From positions 320,001 to 384,000 of the forward strand of contig CAVUZH010000014.1 of the NCBI GenBank assembly GCA_963745835.1: a DNA stretch of 64,000 bases. The letters are read 5' to 3'. Source of the stretch: an uncultured delta proteobacterium. Its GTDB lineage: Bacteria > Desulfobacterota > Binatia > UBA9968. Below are positions 41,623 through 52,582 of the stretch, in pieces. The notes beneath the pieces were generated by a model. That model was not told the origin of the DNA and did not search any database. It worked only from the letters and a program-made list of their open reading frames with translations. A program made the translations under genes and the position numbers. Position 1 is the stretch's first letter; every line of letters starts with the position of its first letter.

Positions 41623-42222
41623 CGTTTCCTCCCTCGAATCCGAGTTAAGCATTCCTGTTGGGCCTTCTGGAGCCTACCACTTCGTGCGATTAGAAGAAGA
41701 TAGGTGGCGCTTGCAGGAGAAGCGGGCATCGCTGCAGAAGCTGTGGCCTAGGATAAAGCCACTCTTAGGGATGCGATTTGGGAGCGTTTCTCGAGAAGCT
41801 GGACTCGATCAATGAATCTCGGACGAAAAACTCTGACCTTCGGCTTATGCGGATCATTAAAAAACCATCACGAAGAAGTATTCCGCGAGGAAGTAAAGCC
41901 CGAGGCGCCGATCATACATACAGAGACAAGTAAATAGGCCTTCTGCGTACTTGGCCTTGATAGTTTTGATCATGTGAATATCTCGCGATGATGGATAATC
42001 TCTAAAGCTCAATGCGGCAGGCTAATTATTACAATTCTTCTTCTTTACAGCAGCAAAATGCCAGCCCTTAATACAGACGCTGGTCGGCCATGGCAAACGT
42101 CCGAAGCAGACGCAAGTGATGTAGGGTAAGGCAGTCGAAACGGTCTTCACCTGAGGCTGAGATTTCGCAGATTTTCATTCGAATTACTTCATAGTCAAGA
42201 TTTGTCCAGGTTTAAGATAGCG

Positions 42223-42237
42223 CGGCACATCAAGTGC
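42223..42237 (+). promoter_or_regulatory. Sigma-54 promoter candidate
   Basis: CGGCACATCAAGTGC (GG-N10-GC), before a short lipoprotein-like ORF and a prepilin fragment. Confidence 0.4.
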
Positions 42238-42585
42238 AAGTATCGGCTCTCAGCCTGCAACGAAGAGAGACTATGAAAACACGATATGAGCACCGGCCTG
42301 GCCTCTTCGGGCTCGCGTCAATCGCTGCTGGTTGCGCCGCCAAGACTCGCGAAACAGAAACTCAAGGACTTTTAACTGCGCCGGCCGGAAAAAATCAGAA
42401 GCAATCCGAGTTGCAGTCTGAGCGTGAAACCACCGAAAAATCGAACACGTCGAGTAGCAGCGGCCTCTACGAGAAACGTGCAGATCAGGTATCACGTACC
42501 AAAGCCGTAAATGCCTTAAAACAAGCAATGTCATGAGGCGGCAGCACTATTGGAGATAAGTTGCATTTAGAAACGGAGTTTACAC

Positions 42586-42680
42586 ATGTTTAAAGCTAGG
42601 CTCAGCCCCGAAGCAATCACAAAAGTGCGAAATTACACAGGGTTCTCCGCGATAGAGTTACTAGTAGTAGTAGCTATCAT
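42586..42680 (+). pseudogene. Truncated prepilin N-terminus
   Basis: ...RNYTG|FSAIELLVVVAIM N-methylation motif, after which similarity is lost. Confidence 0.6.
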
Positions 42681-42731
42681 GGTGTGTTGGCCGCGAACGC
42701 CGGTCGGCTATGCTCGATCTCCAAAACGAAG

Positions 42732-43777
42732 CTATGAAGCCGTGGGCACGGACGAGCTAAATACGTTGCCATAGCTAAGACGATCTCTGTTGGCGGGCAT
42801 TGTTCGTTTACGCCACTTAGGGTGAAGATATAAATTCGGGTCGATGCCGGCCGCATGCAGAGCGTTGCCCCAGCTTCCAAAGTACGCTTCGGCAGCACTC
42901 ACAAGCGCGGGGTTATCTCGCCGCACTGCTGCATAGCCGAGCGGCTTGCCCGACCCGTGCCTCCGAACGATCATCGCTATAACTTTAGCTTTGCTCCAAC
43001 CAGCCGAAACTCTACGGTCAGTCTTTAAGGCAGCCTTGGCTTTCCGCAAGCTACCGAAATAATAAACCGCATGCAGTTTCAGTTTATCTGGAAGATCATA
43101 TCGGAATGCTGCTCCAAAGCATCACGCAAAGCCCTTAAAACTCCGCGACGGCCATCATGCGGGCTGTCAGGAACTTCTATACCGGCGGCGAGTAGTGCGT
43201 TTGCCCAAAACCCAAATATGCGTAGAGCTGCGGAGAACAGTGCAGCGTAATGTTTTAGGACATATGCCGGATAGAGAGGTACGCCTTTTTCCCGTAAGAA
43301 ACGGAGCTTGATGATAACTCTTTCGGTTTCCCAATACGTTCTTAGCCGCATCCGTTCTGGGGTAAATCCCAGTACACGGAGAGCCGCATCCCAATCTCCA
43401 CCGTTGAGCCAAAGCCCTTCTACATACAGAGTTGGATACTGCTTTTGGAGAAATCCTGCATAGACGTTGCCGTCCTGCTTATAGACGGCCTTCATCGCAG
43501 CGATCCACTCCCGCCTGCTGTGCGCACAGTAATCGGATCGTGAACTATGATTTACACGGAATGATTTGGAGCAGAGCTTGTCCGGGCTGAGCCGGTACTC
43601 CTCGATGTAGGTTTCACGGTCAGTGCCATGCGTTGAAAAGTGTCGGCCACTGATTACGCGCAAGTGTTTGCCGCAGATACGGCAGCGAACGAAGTCGATG
43701 CCTTAACCAGTCTGGATTTTGGGATGGTGCGTTTTAGGACGAGAATCACTGTTGCCGATGGAAGGTTTCGACTTCAT
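42732..43777 (-). pseudogene. Ros/MucR-like zinc finger plus 'FGSW..AL..AG' repeat protein, interrupted
   Basis: CRICGKHLRVISGRHFSTHG; repeats GGDWDAALRVLG, FGFWANALLAAG, YFGSLRKAKAAL and YFGSWGNALHAAG; one in-frame TAA and a frameshift. Confidence 0.7.
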
Positions 43778-43873
43778 TTGGGGCGCCGGTATATACGCCT
43801 AGAAAGCCTGCGAGTCAAAATCTGCTACGTTAAACGATGGCGCTGCACGGGGCCCGGGCGGGTATGTCTAAAG

Positions 43874-44567
43874 CTACCAAAGGCGCCGCTGCGGGTGTGG
43901 CGCAGGCTGAATGCACTCCGCGGTGTCATACTCTGGCTTATTGACGAGCGGGGACACGTCATGGGCCTGCATCTGTTCAGATGTGAACGGGGCAAGCACG
44001 GCGGCGATATCCGCCGGCCAGGTACTGAGTCTTGGATCTAGCCACTGCTTAGCCTGCAGCGCGTCAAAGATCACGGGCATACGGTTGTGAATGCGTCGCA
44101 GCAGGGCATTAGGTACGGTGGTTATGATCGTAAAACTGTGGCGCACCTCGCCCTCAACATCGCGCCACATATCCCATAGACCAGCGAACGCGAACGGCTG
44201 TTTTTTTCTTCAGGTGAAACCAAACCGGAATTTTACCCCTGCCTTCTCGGCGCCACTCATAAAATTCATCTGCGGGTATAAGACAACGATTACTCTCAAC
44301 CAGCCGTCGATAGCTCGGCTTTTCAGTGATTGTCTCGGCGCGCGCATTGATCATGTTGTTACCGATCGATGGATCCGGAGACCACGACGGAACCAATCCC
44401 CACTTCATCGGTTTGAGTTCGTTGACGCCTTCGTTCTGCACGATAACCGGCACTTCCTGGGACGGCACGACGTTATACCGCCGAGCGAAGAGCGGTATGT
44501 CGCGCTGAAGATTGAAAAGCAGCTTAATTTCTCGAAACTCAAATGAAGCAGTGAAGCGTCCACACAT
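43874..44567 (-). CDS. SOS response-associated peptidase (SRAP/YedK), frameshift in an A-run
   Basis: MCGRF, MKWGLVPSW, INARAET, FYEW and IHNRMPVI motifs. Confidence 0.9.
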
Positions 44568-44971
44568 CGCGTTGTGTTCTCCTTCCGTCCACTATCATTT
44601 TGCTCGCGAACGTGTTCATCGACCCATTGTTCTGGCGAGTTCTAGCCCGTGCTGGATCGCGGTTTGTTTACCGGCAAAACGCTGACCTTCGATTCGTATA
44701 ATCTCTACCAAAGGGCTTCGCGTTTTCGCTGAATAGACCGGTTCCGAGTGACTGCCACTCATTGGGTTTGGATGGGCTATCGTAACCGAATCGTGAACCA
44801 AGGAACCCTTGTATTCCGCAAGCGGTGATTCGTCCATCCGCGGACTACGTAAATTGACGTGTGACGATTCATGGCTACGAATTTTCGTTCGTGGGGCTAT
44901 TCAAGAGCATACTTTGCGGCGTATCGTTCGCTGCTTTCCTCTGAATAAACAAATCATTCCGCAAATCTCAT

Positions 44972-44986
44972 TGGCATCTTCATTGC
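44972..44986 (+). promoter_or_regulatory. Sigma-54 promoter candidate
   Basis: TGGCATCTTCATTGC, about 75 bp before ATG 45060. Confidence 0.55.
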
Positions 44987-45059
44987 GGTTTAGGCTTCCC
45001 ATCTCGCGCCGCGCTCATTTTAAACGGGAACGGCATAATCTCGCCTGTTCGGAGGAACT

Positions 45060-45386
45060 ATGAAAAAACTATTCGTATGTCTTACATTGTCGATCCTATT
45101 AGTGACGGCGTATTCGGAGGCGCAGTTGAGCAATGGAGGCGCTGTGTCTTGGCTTGAAGACCAGCCGATCGTAGCGAAAGTCGAGAGACGCGGATGGGTC
45201 GCTGGCTCTGTAGACATACATGTGAATAATGCGTGGGATGCTATGAAGAAGTATGAAAAAGAGTTGTTGGTGAATAATTGGGCGCAGACTTGGATGGCAG
45301 CAGGTGGTAAGACTATGTTTGTTTACGACAGCGAGGGGAAACAGGTCGCGTCTTCCGTACTTCACAGGGCAATAGTAAGAGATTGA
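45060..45386 (+). CDS. Secreted hypothetical protein
   Basis: GGAGG RBS; Sec signal MKKLFVCLTLSILLVTAYSEA. Confidence 0.65.
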   Translation: MKKLFVCLTLSILLVTAYSEAQLSNGGAVSWLEDQPIVAKVERRGWVAGSVDIHVNNAWDAMKKYEKELLVNNWAQTWMAAGGKTMFVYDSEGKQVASSVLHRAIVRD

Positions 45387-45511
45387 GCACTGTTACGGCA
45401 TTATGGACTTAGGCATCAACAAGACACGTCTCCTGGGTAACCACAGATGTATCTGCTGGCATCGGAACGCCACCGGCAGAGCGATACAGGTCCAGGCATA
45501 TAAACCCGTCG

Positions 45512-45741
45512 TTATGCACCGGAGAGATCGTCATCATCCTCTGGCGCTCTACGTGCGTGGAGATAAGGCGCGGCAGCTCTGGCCCATATCGTCGCGGCGC
45601 TCCTTGTCGGCTTTCGGATCGCGCATGACTTTAAGCATATAATCCAGCGGCAGCGTCCCTTTCTTCGCTGCGTTATCGAGTAAGGGTGCGGTGATTCTTA
45701 CTGCCCTGCTTGCGCCCGCCTGTTTTTGTTCGGTTGGTCAT
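45512..45741 (-). pseudogene. Terminase small subunit-like phage protein relic
   Basis: MTNRTKTGGRKQGSKNHRT / KKGTLPLDYMLKVMRDPKADKERRDDM / ARAAAPYLHAR, read across two frameshifts. Confidence 0.5.
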
Positions 45742-45866
45742 TTCCCAGATTTTCTAAATTAGAACTTCAGTCCCACCACAATGCCCCCTTTTTGGTCTGC
45801 CGCCGTAATGTTCGTGAATCCCACTGTCGAGCATTTCCACACCGAATGTGCGCACCGCAACAAAAT

Positions 45867-47320
45867 TCATTTGATCACGTTCTCCGACCGCGTCCGTAGG
45901 CGAATGTCTTCTTTCATCATCGTTCGACTGTTCTGCATCGATTCAATTCCGCCGGCCCGAGTCGCTGCCCCAAGGAGTTTCCGATGTTCACGAACAATGC
46001 CCATGGCGAGAAGGAGCCACAGCCCCGTGATAAAGATATTTACGAGCGCAAAAGCGCTGATACTGAAGGCAAATGTTACTCCGCCAAAAACCAGTACCGC
46101 CGCTAAAACGTCGCCGAAGCGGACAAAAAAAGTATCGATTGCGGCCTTTGCCTTGTATTTAACTTCTCGGCTGGTCGGCAGAAATAACGTCTGCCGAGCG
46201 GTGTTTTGAACCGAATAGTCGACGCTCTTTTCGGTGATTTTAGCAATTCTGATGTAGCTGAGGACTGGTATCACAGCGATGAGTGAGTAGCTTCCCAGCG
46301 CAATCAGCGGCAGGAAGTAGAGAGCCCCGGCGAGGCCAAAATACTTAAAGATCCGTGAGACCAGAAATAGTTGGATGAGGGCCTCGCAAAGACTCACCCA
46401 AAAAAAGAAGTTGCCGTAGAACTCCCCAAGAAACACTTGCGCCACTTTTTCTCTCTGCGCGCTTGTCAGTGAACTCCCTAGAGCTTCGGTAATCGTCCGC
46501 CGTTCTTCGTCAGCTATGACGAGTTGAGCCTCATCGGTGACTTTCTTGCCCAGGATGTATTCGCCGGTGGTATTGACCAGATTGGCCACGACCATAAGAA
46601 GGGCGATCAAAAGCAGATAGCGTTGTCTCATGACCAGACCAAACCCGTCTGCTTGCCCGACAGGCTTCTCAGTGTCTGCGGTTCGGACTGCTGAATTGAG
46701 AAGGCGTTTCTCCCGTGCATTGACGAGCTTGGCGAGGATGATCGAAATCGCGAGAAGACCGGCGGCAATCAGCATGAGCTGGTATGTTCCAAGTGGACGG
46801 ATTAGCCAACCCGCAACTATGGGTCCTAAAATGGCGCCGAGGGAGCCGCCAAAGGCAACGATGGCGAACAGACGCTGTCCTTGCTCCTGGGTGTAAATGT
46901 CGTTCGCAAAGGACCAGAATTGCGCGACCACGAGAAGATTAAAAATGCCGACCCATAGAAAGAAAACAATCCCGATCGGCACATGAAACTGCGCCAAAGC
47001 GTAAAAGCAAAGAAGGTTGGTGATAAAAAAGGTCGTGACCCAAGTAATCAGCCTGATGCGGTTGACCCGACTGGCAATGAATCCATAGGCGGGCACGACG
47101 ACAAGGAACAAGAGCGCCTGTCCGGCGGCAGCATAGCTTTTGACCGCGGCTCCGCCTTGCGTGAGAATGAGCGGTTCGCGCACGGTCTTTATCATTAAAT
47201 AAGCGGTTAAAAGATAAACAAATTGAGCGTCAGCAAAATCGCCGTCGTTCCCTCCCCTGGACGAATCTCGGCCACAAGTCCGAGAGATCGCTCCAAAATG
47301 TTGAGTTGTCTTTTTTTCAT
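45867..47320 (-). CDS. Npt1/Npt2 (TLC, ATP/ADP antiporter-like) nucleotide transporter, frameshift near the 5' end
   Basis: IRPGEG, KTVREPLIL, AQFWSFANDIY, SVDYSVQNTARQTLFLPT and KYKAKAAIDTFFVRFGD motifs. Confidence 0.85.
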
Positions 47321-47326
47321 TGCCGT

Positions 47327-48320
47327 CTATCTGATTACCTTGTCGGCTCGCGCCAGCACGTTCGGCGGAATCGTGACGCCGATCTGTTTGGCGATCTTGA
47401 GATTGATCACCAACTCAAACTTGGTGGGCTGCTCAATCGGCAACTCTGCCGGGTTCGCACCCTTGAGGATTCTATCTACGCGGTTAGCGGCGCGCCGATA
47501 CACATCATTTGAGCTACCGCTGTAAGACATTAGGCCTCCGGCAGGAGGAAAGTTCGGATCGGGGAACATTGCTGGCATCCGGTGCTGCAACGCGAGACCG
47601 ACAACCTGCTTAACTTCGGTAGTAATAGGTGGACTCGCCGCAGCGATAAGCCCCGTTGCTTTTGATCGGGTTGCGTTCTCGAAAGCAAAACCGAGATCGC
47701 TCGGACTACGCTACATCGAGCGGCAACAGCTTTACCCTTAGGAGTCGGGCTGCGCCTCTGATTGCTGCTTCTGTTAATCGGGCAGCGGGATTATCTGGAT
47801 TTCTGAGATAAGCCACTAGCGATAGGGTCGGTACGGTTTCCTTCAGTAATTCTAGTCGTTTTTCGTACAATTCCGGGCCACCGGAACCTACGCCCGTGAC
47901 ATTACCGCCCGGACGAGCAAAACTCTTCACTAGTCCTAATTCGACCGGATCGGTCCCCAATCCGGCAAACACAATCGGAATTTTGCTCGTTGCGTTTTTG
48001 GCAGCACGAATGGAAGGAGTGCCACCAATGGCGAGCACTACATCAACATTCAATCGAACAAGGTCCTCGACTAGTTTATCAAGCCGGTCAAAGTGACCAT
48101 CAGCCCATCGCTCCTCAATAATAATATTTTGCCCGACGATGTAGCCGTGCTCAGCCAGACCAAGTCGGAACGCCGCAAGTCGCTCGCTGGATTGAAATGC
48201 CGACTGTGTGCCCAGCAGGCCAATTTTTGGAACTTTGCTGAACTGCTGTGTCTCGGCTACCCCTAAACCAAACACCAGAACGGCTAGGGCGCACCCAATC
48301 AAGCTTGCAGCACATGTCAC
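47327..48320 (-). pseudogene. ABC_sub_bind substrate-binding protein C, frameshifted
   Basis: GTG start overlapping the TGA of D; FARPGGNVTG and GANPAELPIEQPTKFELVINLK motifs. Confidence 0.82.
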
Positions 48321-49301
48321 TTGATCACCTTGTCCGCCCGCGCCAGCACGTTTTGCGGAATCGTTAACGCCGATCTGTTTTGCGGTTTTCAAATTGATCA
48401 CCAGCTCAAACTTCGTCGGCTGCTCAACCGGAAGATCAGCGGGCTTTGCACCTTTCAGAATCTTGTCAATGTAGAAAGCAGCACGTCGAAAAGCCTCAAG
48501 ATCACTGGCTGAATAGGACATCAATCCACCTTGCTCCACCCAAGTATGTCCCTCAAACATCGAAGCCAGTCTGTTCTCTATTGCCAGTTCTGCGATTCTT
48601 TTCTGATGACGAAACAGGTTGGTGTTAGTGATCGTAACGAATGCTTTGGCGCGTCCCTTCATCGCGCTTTGGATCATTCCTTCAACATCAGGATTTAATC
48701 CACGTACTTCTAAGGCTTGAATGCTTATCTTTAGGACTCCGGCTGCAGTCTCGTATTCCTTAAAACGCATGGCCGAATTTTGGCTATCTGCATCCCGGAG
48801 CACCGCGACTCGTGAAAGATGCGGGACGATTTCGGTAAGCAACTGAAGCCGTTTTCCACTCAAGGCTCGATTCAGTGTCATAAGTCCGGTTATATTGCCA
48901 CCTGGACGCGCCAAGCTATCAACTAGGCCAGCTCCGACTGCATCAACACCGGCAACCATGACAATCGGGATGCTTTTGGTCGCCTGCTTAGCTGCGAGTA
49001 TTGCTGGCATGATAGGCACGACAAGCACATCAACTTTAAGTTTAACTAATTCGGTTACGAGATTTGAGACACGATCCACGTTTGCGTCCGCGCCCCGATA
49101 CTCGATGAGGATATTCTTACCGTCTATATAGCAACCAAGTTCGCTAAGGCCGTGGCGCAATGCCTGAACGTAAGGTCCTTGATTAAAGGCATCTCCGGTC
49201 CCTGACACATAACCAATACGTGGAATTTTGGCTGGCTGCTGAGCGGCAGCAAAATGTATTGCCGTCAAGATAAAGCCAATAAGCACAAGAGCGGTTTTCA
49301 T
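48317..49301 (-). CDS. ABC_sub_bind substrate-binding protein D; a shift near the end fuses it to C in the ORF track
   Basis: Signal MKTALVLIGFILTAIHFAAAQQ; SLARPGGNITG and KGAKPADLPVEQPTKFEL motifs. Confidence 0.85.
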
Positions 49302-49389
49302 GCGTCAATTTTTACCCCTGTCGATCTAGCTTGTCCAGAAATGTTTTGGTCAGCGGAAATTAAAGCCTGAGTAAGCCGTTGAAGGGTGC

Positions 49390-49785
49390 TGATTATTGAA
49401 GGTTTTGATTAAGCAGCCACGCCAGTCTCGCTCCCGCGTGCGCTAACCGAGGGCGAATCAGGGCGCGTGCCGCTTCTGCGTAGGTTGCGCCGATCTCGCC
49501 CGACGCAGGTAGCCTATACACCTACGCCCTGACTATCGCCAGCGATTCAAGCGCCCACTGTGCCGCGGTTCCTTGCTGCCACTGCTGAAGCTCATCGCTA
49601 GTCACAGCAGCTTGTATTCGCCCGGCGATCTCTGCGGCAGTGCCGTGCTCCAACTCAACCAGTGCGGTGTCCCACAACGAGTGCAGGTTTTCTTTCTTGC
49701 CGTTGAATCTCACGTCAACACTGTTGCTACCGCGATCCTCTGCGAAGCCGGCATGCAGCGGCTGATGGATGTCGCCGACGATGCC
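49390..49785 (-). pseudogene. S1/P1 nuclease C-terminal fragment
   Basis: VGDIHQPLHAGFAEDRG, NLHSLWDTALVE and AGARLAWLLN motifs; paralogous to 37759-38170. Confidence 0.8.
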
Positions 49786-49837
49786 GGATTGTCTTTTTAG
49801 ATGCGCAGGATTATCTCTTTATTGACCAGGAGGAGCT

Positions 49838-50476
49838 ATGAAAAACAATATTTCCGTTGGGTTGTTCTCCTTGATTCTGCTCTTTTCGGGTTGCGCCGGT
49901 TTTCAAGCCGCTCGAGAGGTCAACTCAGGAAGACAGGCTTACCTTATCGGCAACAACGAAGCCGCCTATGCACACTTCCAAAAGGCTGCGGAAGTGGACC
50001 CAAATTATGTTTACGGCACTGCGCTACGCCAGGGAGTCTGGAGTTACGTTGGCCGGGTGAATTACGATATAGGGCGGCTCCCTCAAGCGCGCGAGGCACT
50101 TGAGCGAGCGCTTGCCGCTAACCGTGAAGAAGATCTTTCCAGACTTTATTTCGGCCTTGCGTTAGCTCGAGAGGGCGATCGCCAGAGAGGGCTCAAGGAA
50201 ATCGAAGGTGGCCTGCGTGGAATGCATCAATGGTTGGATTATGTGGATCAGAACCACGGCTCTTCCTTTGGCCGATTCTGGGATCCGTCGCGCGAGATAC
50301 GTTCGGCGATTCAGACAGACCTCGCTTTAATCTCTGGCAGAGACATCGATTGGCAAAAGCTCATCGCCTCCAGTGAATGGGTTGGCAAACGAATGGAACT
50401 TGAAAGCGATCTTGCGAGACGCGACGAAACGATCGAGCGAAACAGAGACAACGACGGCCGGGGTAATCGCTCCTAG
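49838..50476 (+). CDS. TPR-containing lipoprotein
   Basis: AGGAGG RBS; lipobox FSGC; TPR-like helices (AYAHFQKAAEVDP, AREALERALA). Confidence 0.75.
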   Translation: MKNNISVGLFSLILLFSGCAGFQAAREVNSGRQAYLIGNNEAAYAHFQKAAEVDPNYVYGTALRQGVWSYVGRVNYDIGRLPQAREALERALAANREEDLSRLYFGLALAREGDRQRGLKEIEGGLRGMHQWLDYVDQNHGSSFGRFWDPSREIRSAIQTDLALISGRDIDWQKLIASSEWVGKRMELESDLARRDETIERNRDNDGRGNRS

Positions 50477-50828
50477 AATGTCAAATCAATTGCGCGGTTG
50501 ATCGGGCCAAGCGCATTTGTAAAGAGCACCCCGAAGTCTACGCCGCGGAGGACGGTATATACGTCCCGCCGTGATTTGATCGGTGCACCCGACCGTTGCG
50601 CGGACGTAGCTGTCCACTCCGAATTAGGTTGCAATGATTGCCTCCCGCACATCGCTCATCCGTCGCACTGTCTCCGGATCAATGATCTTCGTACCAGCCT
50701 AACCGTTAAGATGAGCCGTCTTATGACGCATCAATGGCTATTGGCGTCTATTCGCGGATAGCCCAGGGAACAGAGCGTAAATACGTTGAAGTTGTTGAGG
50801 TTTAAGCCGGGACAAAACAAGAGACCCG

Positions 50829-52205
50829 CTACCTTAGATACAAAACAGCATGTCCGCTAAATGGTGCAGAGAAGGAAATTGAGCCGGTTGACACTATAAT
50901 GCTTCCTCTGTTCGCTACTGTTCCCGTACCAGGATTGAACCATTCAAAGTTGTAGGTTCCATTCTTGAGGTTCACATTGAAAGATCCATGATTCGGTTGA
51001 TAGATCAAATACTCGGAACCCCCTGTGGACAAACAGTATCCGGTAGAAGCTTGGCAATTCTGAGGCGTCATTAAAGCCAGATTGATTCGGTCTGCATAAG
51101 AGCGAGCATCTCCCATTGCCGCACGGATAGGATCCCATTGCGATCCATTGTAATGATCCATCACAATCGGGTTCACGCCTGAAAGAAAACTTTTCCACAC
51201 CCAAGCAGGATTCCTTTCAAAAGCATTGATGTGGTCGGTATCCGCGATCACCACTTTTCGGCCATCACCCATGAGGTTTGCGACCGGAGAAATCCAGTCA
51301 GCCGGGCTGTTGAAAAGCTCCGCATCTGACCCAGAATAACCAATGTTTGACCATTGATATGTCATTCCTACAGGATGTTGCTTGGGTTTAGCAGATTGGT
51401 AGGATTTAATAGAGTTGATAAAATCGTACTGCCAATGGGTTGAATAGGTTCCGCTCTCGTTAACAATCTCATATAGAACGTTATTCAAATCATTGACAGT
51501 ATCTACAACCTTTCGCATGTAGGCTTTTTGGATTGCGTTTACACCAGTCGGCCCTGGGAAGGTTTGGGACTCAATACCGTAACCGTCATTGTTTGGATCC
51601 CCATTAATGCCGTTAATATTGTTTTCGGAATGCATCGGATGCCCATTCCATCTCCAAGCCGGCTCTGATGCCTGTAGTCCCCAACCTTCGAAGAGCATTA
51701 TGGAAACGTAAATCCCGCGATTTCCGGCCTCGACAACTCTTTGGCGAAGCCGATCGAAATAAGCCTGATCAAGCTTGCTCAAATCAAACTTTGGTTTTCC
51801 GTCTAAAGCGGTTCCCGGCCCGGTTCTCGGCCATGGAAAGTGTATTACATAGTAGTAGCCTTCATCGTGGATGCTTGTAATGGAATTGGTCTTAAACGAG
51901 TCCCAGGCCCACAGACGTATAAAATTGTGTCCATTCGATTGTAGAAGATCGAGGTAGCCGTTGAAATCAAAGATAGGCGGCGGATCAGTGAGTCCTATAT
52001 CTCTCATATTTGACCATGTATGTGAACCAGTAAGATACACAGCTTTACCGGAACCATCGGTGAAATAGCGGGGGTTAGAAGGAAGAACGCGCAGAGTACG
52101 ATCCCTTTGGACATTGCTTACATTTAGAAGAGTGCAGCCGAGCGCCCCGACAATGGTAACAAAAATCAACCATGCTATCTTGGATGCGAAGTTTCGGGAA
52201 TGCAT
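50829..52205 (-). CDS. Secreted glycoside hydrolase-like TIM barrel (DUF6298/DUF4038-like) with a putative collagen-binding domain
   Basis: NPRYFTDGSGKAVYLTGSHTW, HNFIRLW, LYEIVNE and EWFNPGTG motifs. Confidence 0.7.
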   Translation of the reverse strand: MHSRNFASKIAWLIFVTIVGALGCTLLNVSNVQRDRTLRVLPSNPRYFTDGSGKAVYLTGSHTWSNMRDIGLTDPPPIFDFNGYLDLLQSNGHNFIRLWAWDSFKTNSITSIHDEGYYYVIHFPWPRTGPGTALDGKPKFDLSKLDQAYFDRLRQRVVEAGNRGIYVSIMLFEGWGLQASEPAWRWNGHPMHSENNINGINGDPNNDGYGIESQTFPGPTGVNAIQKAYMRKVVDTVNDLNNVLYEIVNESGTYSTHWQYDFINSIKSYQSAKPKQHPVGMTYQWSNIGYSGSDAELFNSPADWISPVANLMGDGRKVVIADTDHINAFERNPAWVWKSFLSGVNPIVMDHYNGSQWDPIRAAMGDARSYADRINLALMTPQNCQASTGYCLSTGGSEYLIYQPNHGSFNVNLKNGTYNFEWFNPGTGTVANRGSIIVSTGSISFSAPFSGHAVLYLR

Positions 52206-52387
52206 AAGGACAACTTAGGAGTAGTAATCGCGTATAGGCGTCATTAGGCTGCTTCTGCCGCCAACCGTTCCGATAAACCTACCTTACGCTTCACCTTAAC
52301 ATCAACATAGGGATAGAGCTGCCGTCGATGTTGAAGCCTTTGTATTCGAGCATGGCAGTCTGTCCCGTTGTTGATAGCTACTGATGA

Positions 52388-52574
52388 TTATTGCGTTGTC
52401 GGATTTAGAATGCGCTGACAAACGGCACGCTCATCAAACAGCTTCTGCTTGAACTCCGCGTCCGTGATGACACCCTTGTCGATCAGTAGCTTGGCGAGCG
52501 CGTCTGTCATCGCCAGGGGTGGTTACCACAAGTTCTTCCAGAGATACGGGTTTGCCGTTTTCGAGTTGTGCCAC
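52388..52574 (-). pseudogene. Small conserved protein, second copy, one frameshift
   Basis: GKPVSLEELVVTT/LAMTDALAKLLIDKGVITDAEFKQKLFDERA...ILNPTTQ. Confidence 0.65.
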
Positions 52575-52582
52575 TGTGACTC

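Noticed and set aside
47706-49301. 531-aa double-domain binding protein
   Set aside because: Product of a single-base shift near 48365. D has its own stop at 48317 and C has its own signal peptide.
37759-49785. DGR template/variable repeat between the nuclease or binding-protein paralogs
   Set aside because: Differences involve all bases rather than only adenines, and no reverse transcriptase is present.
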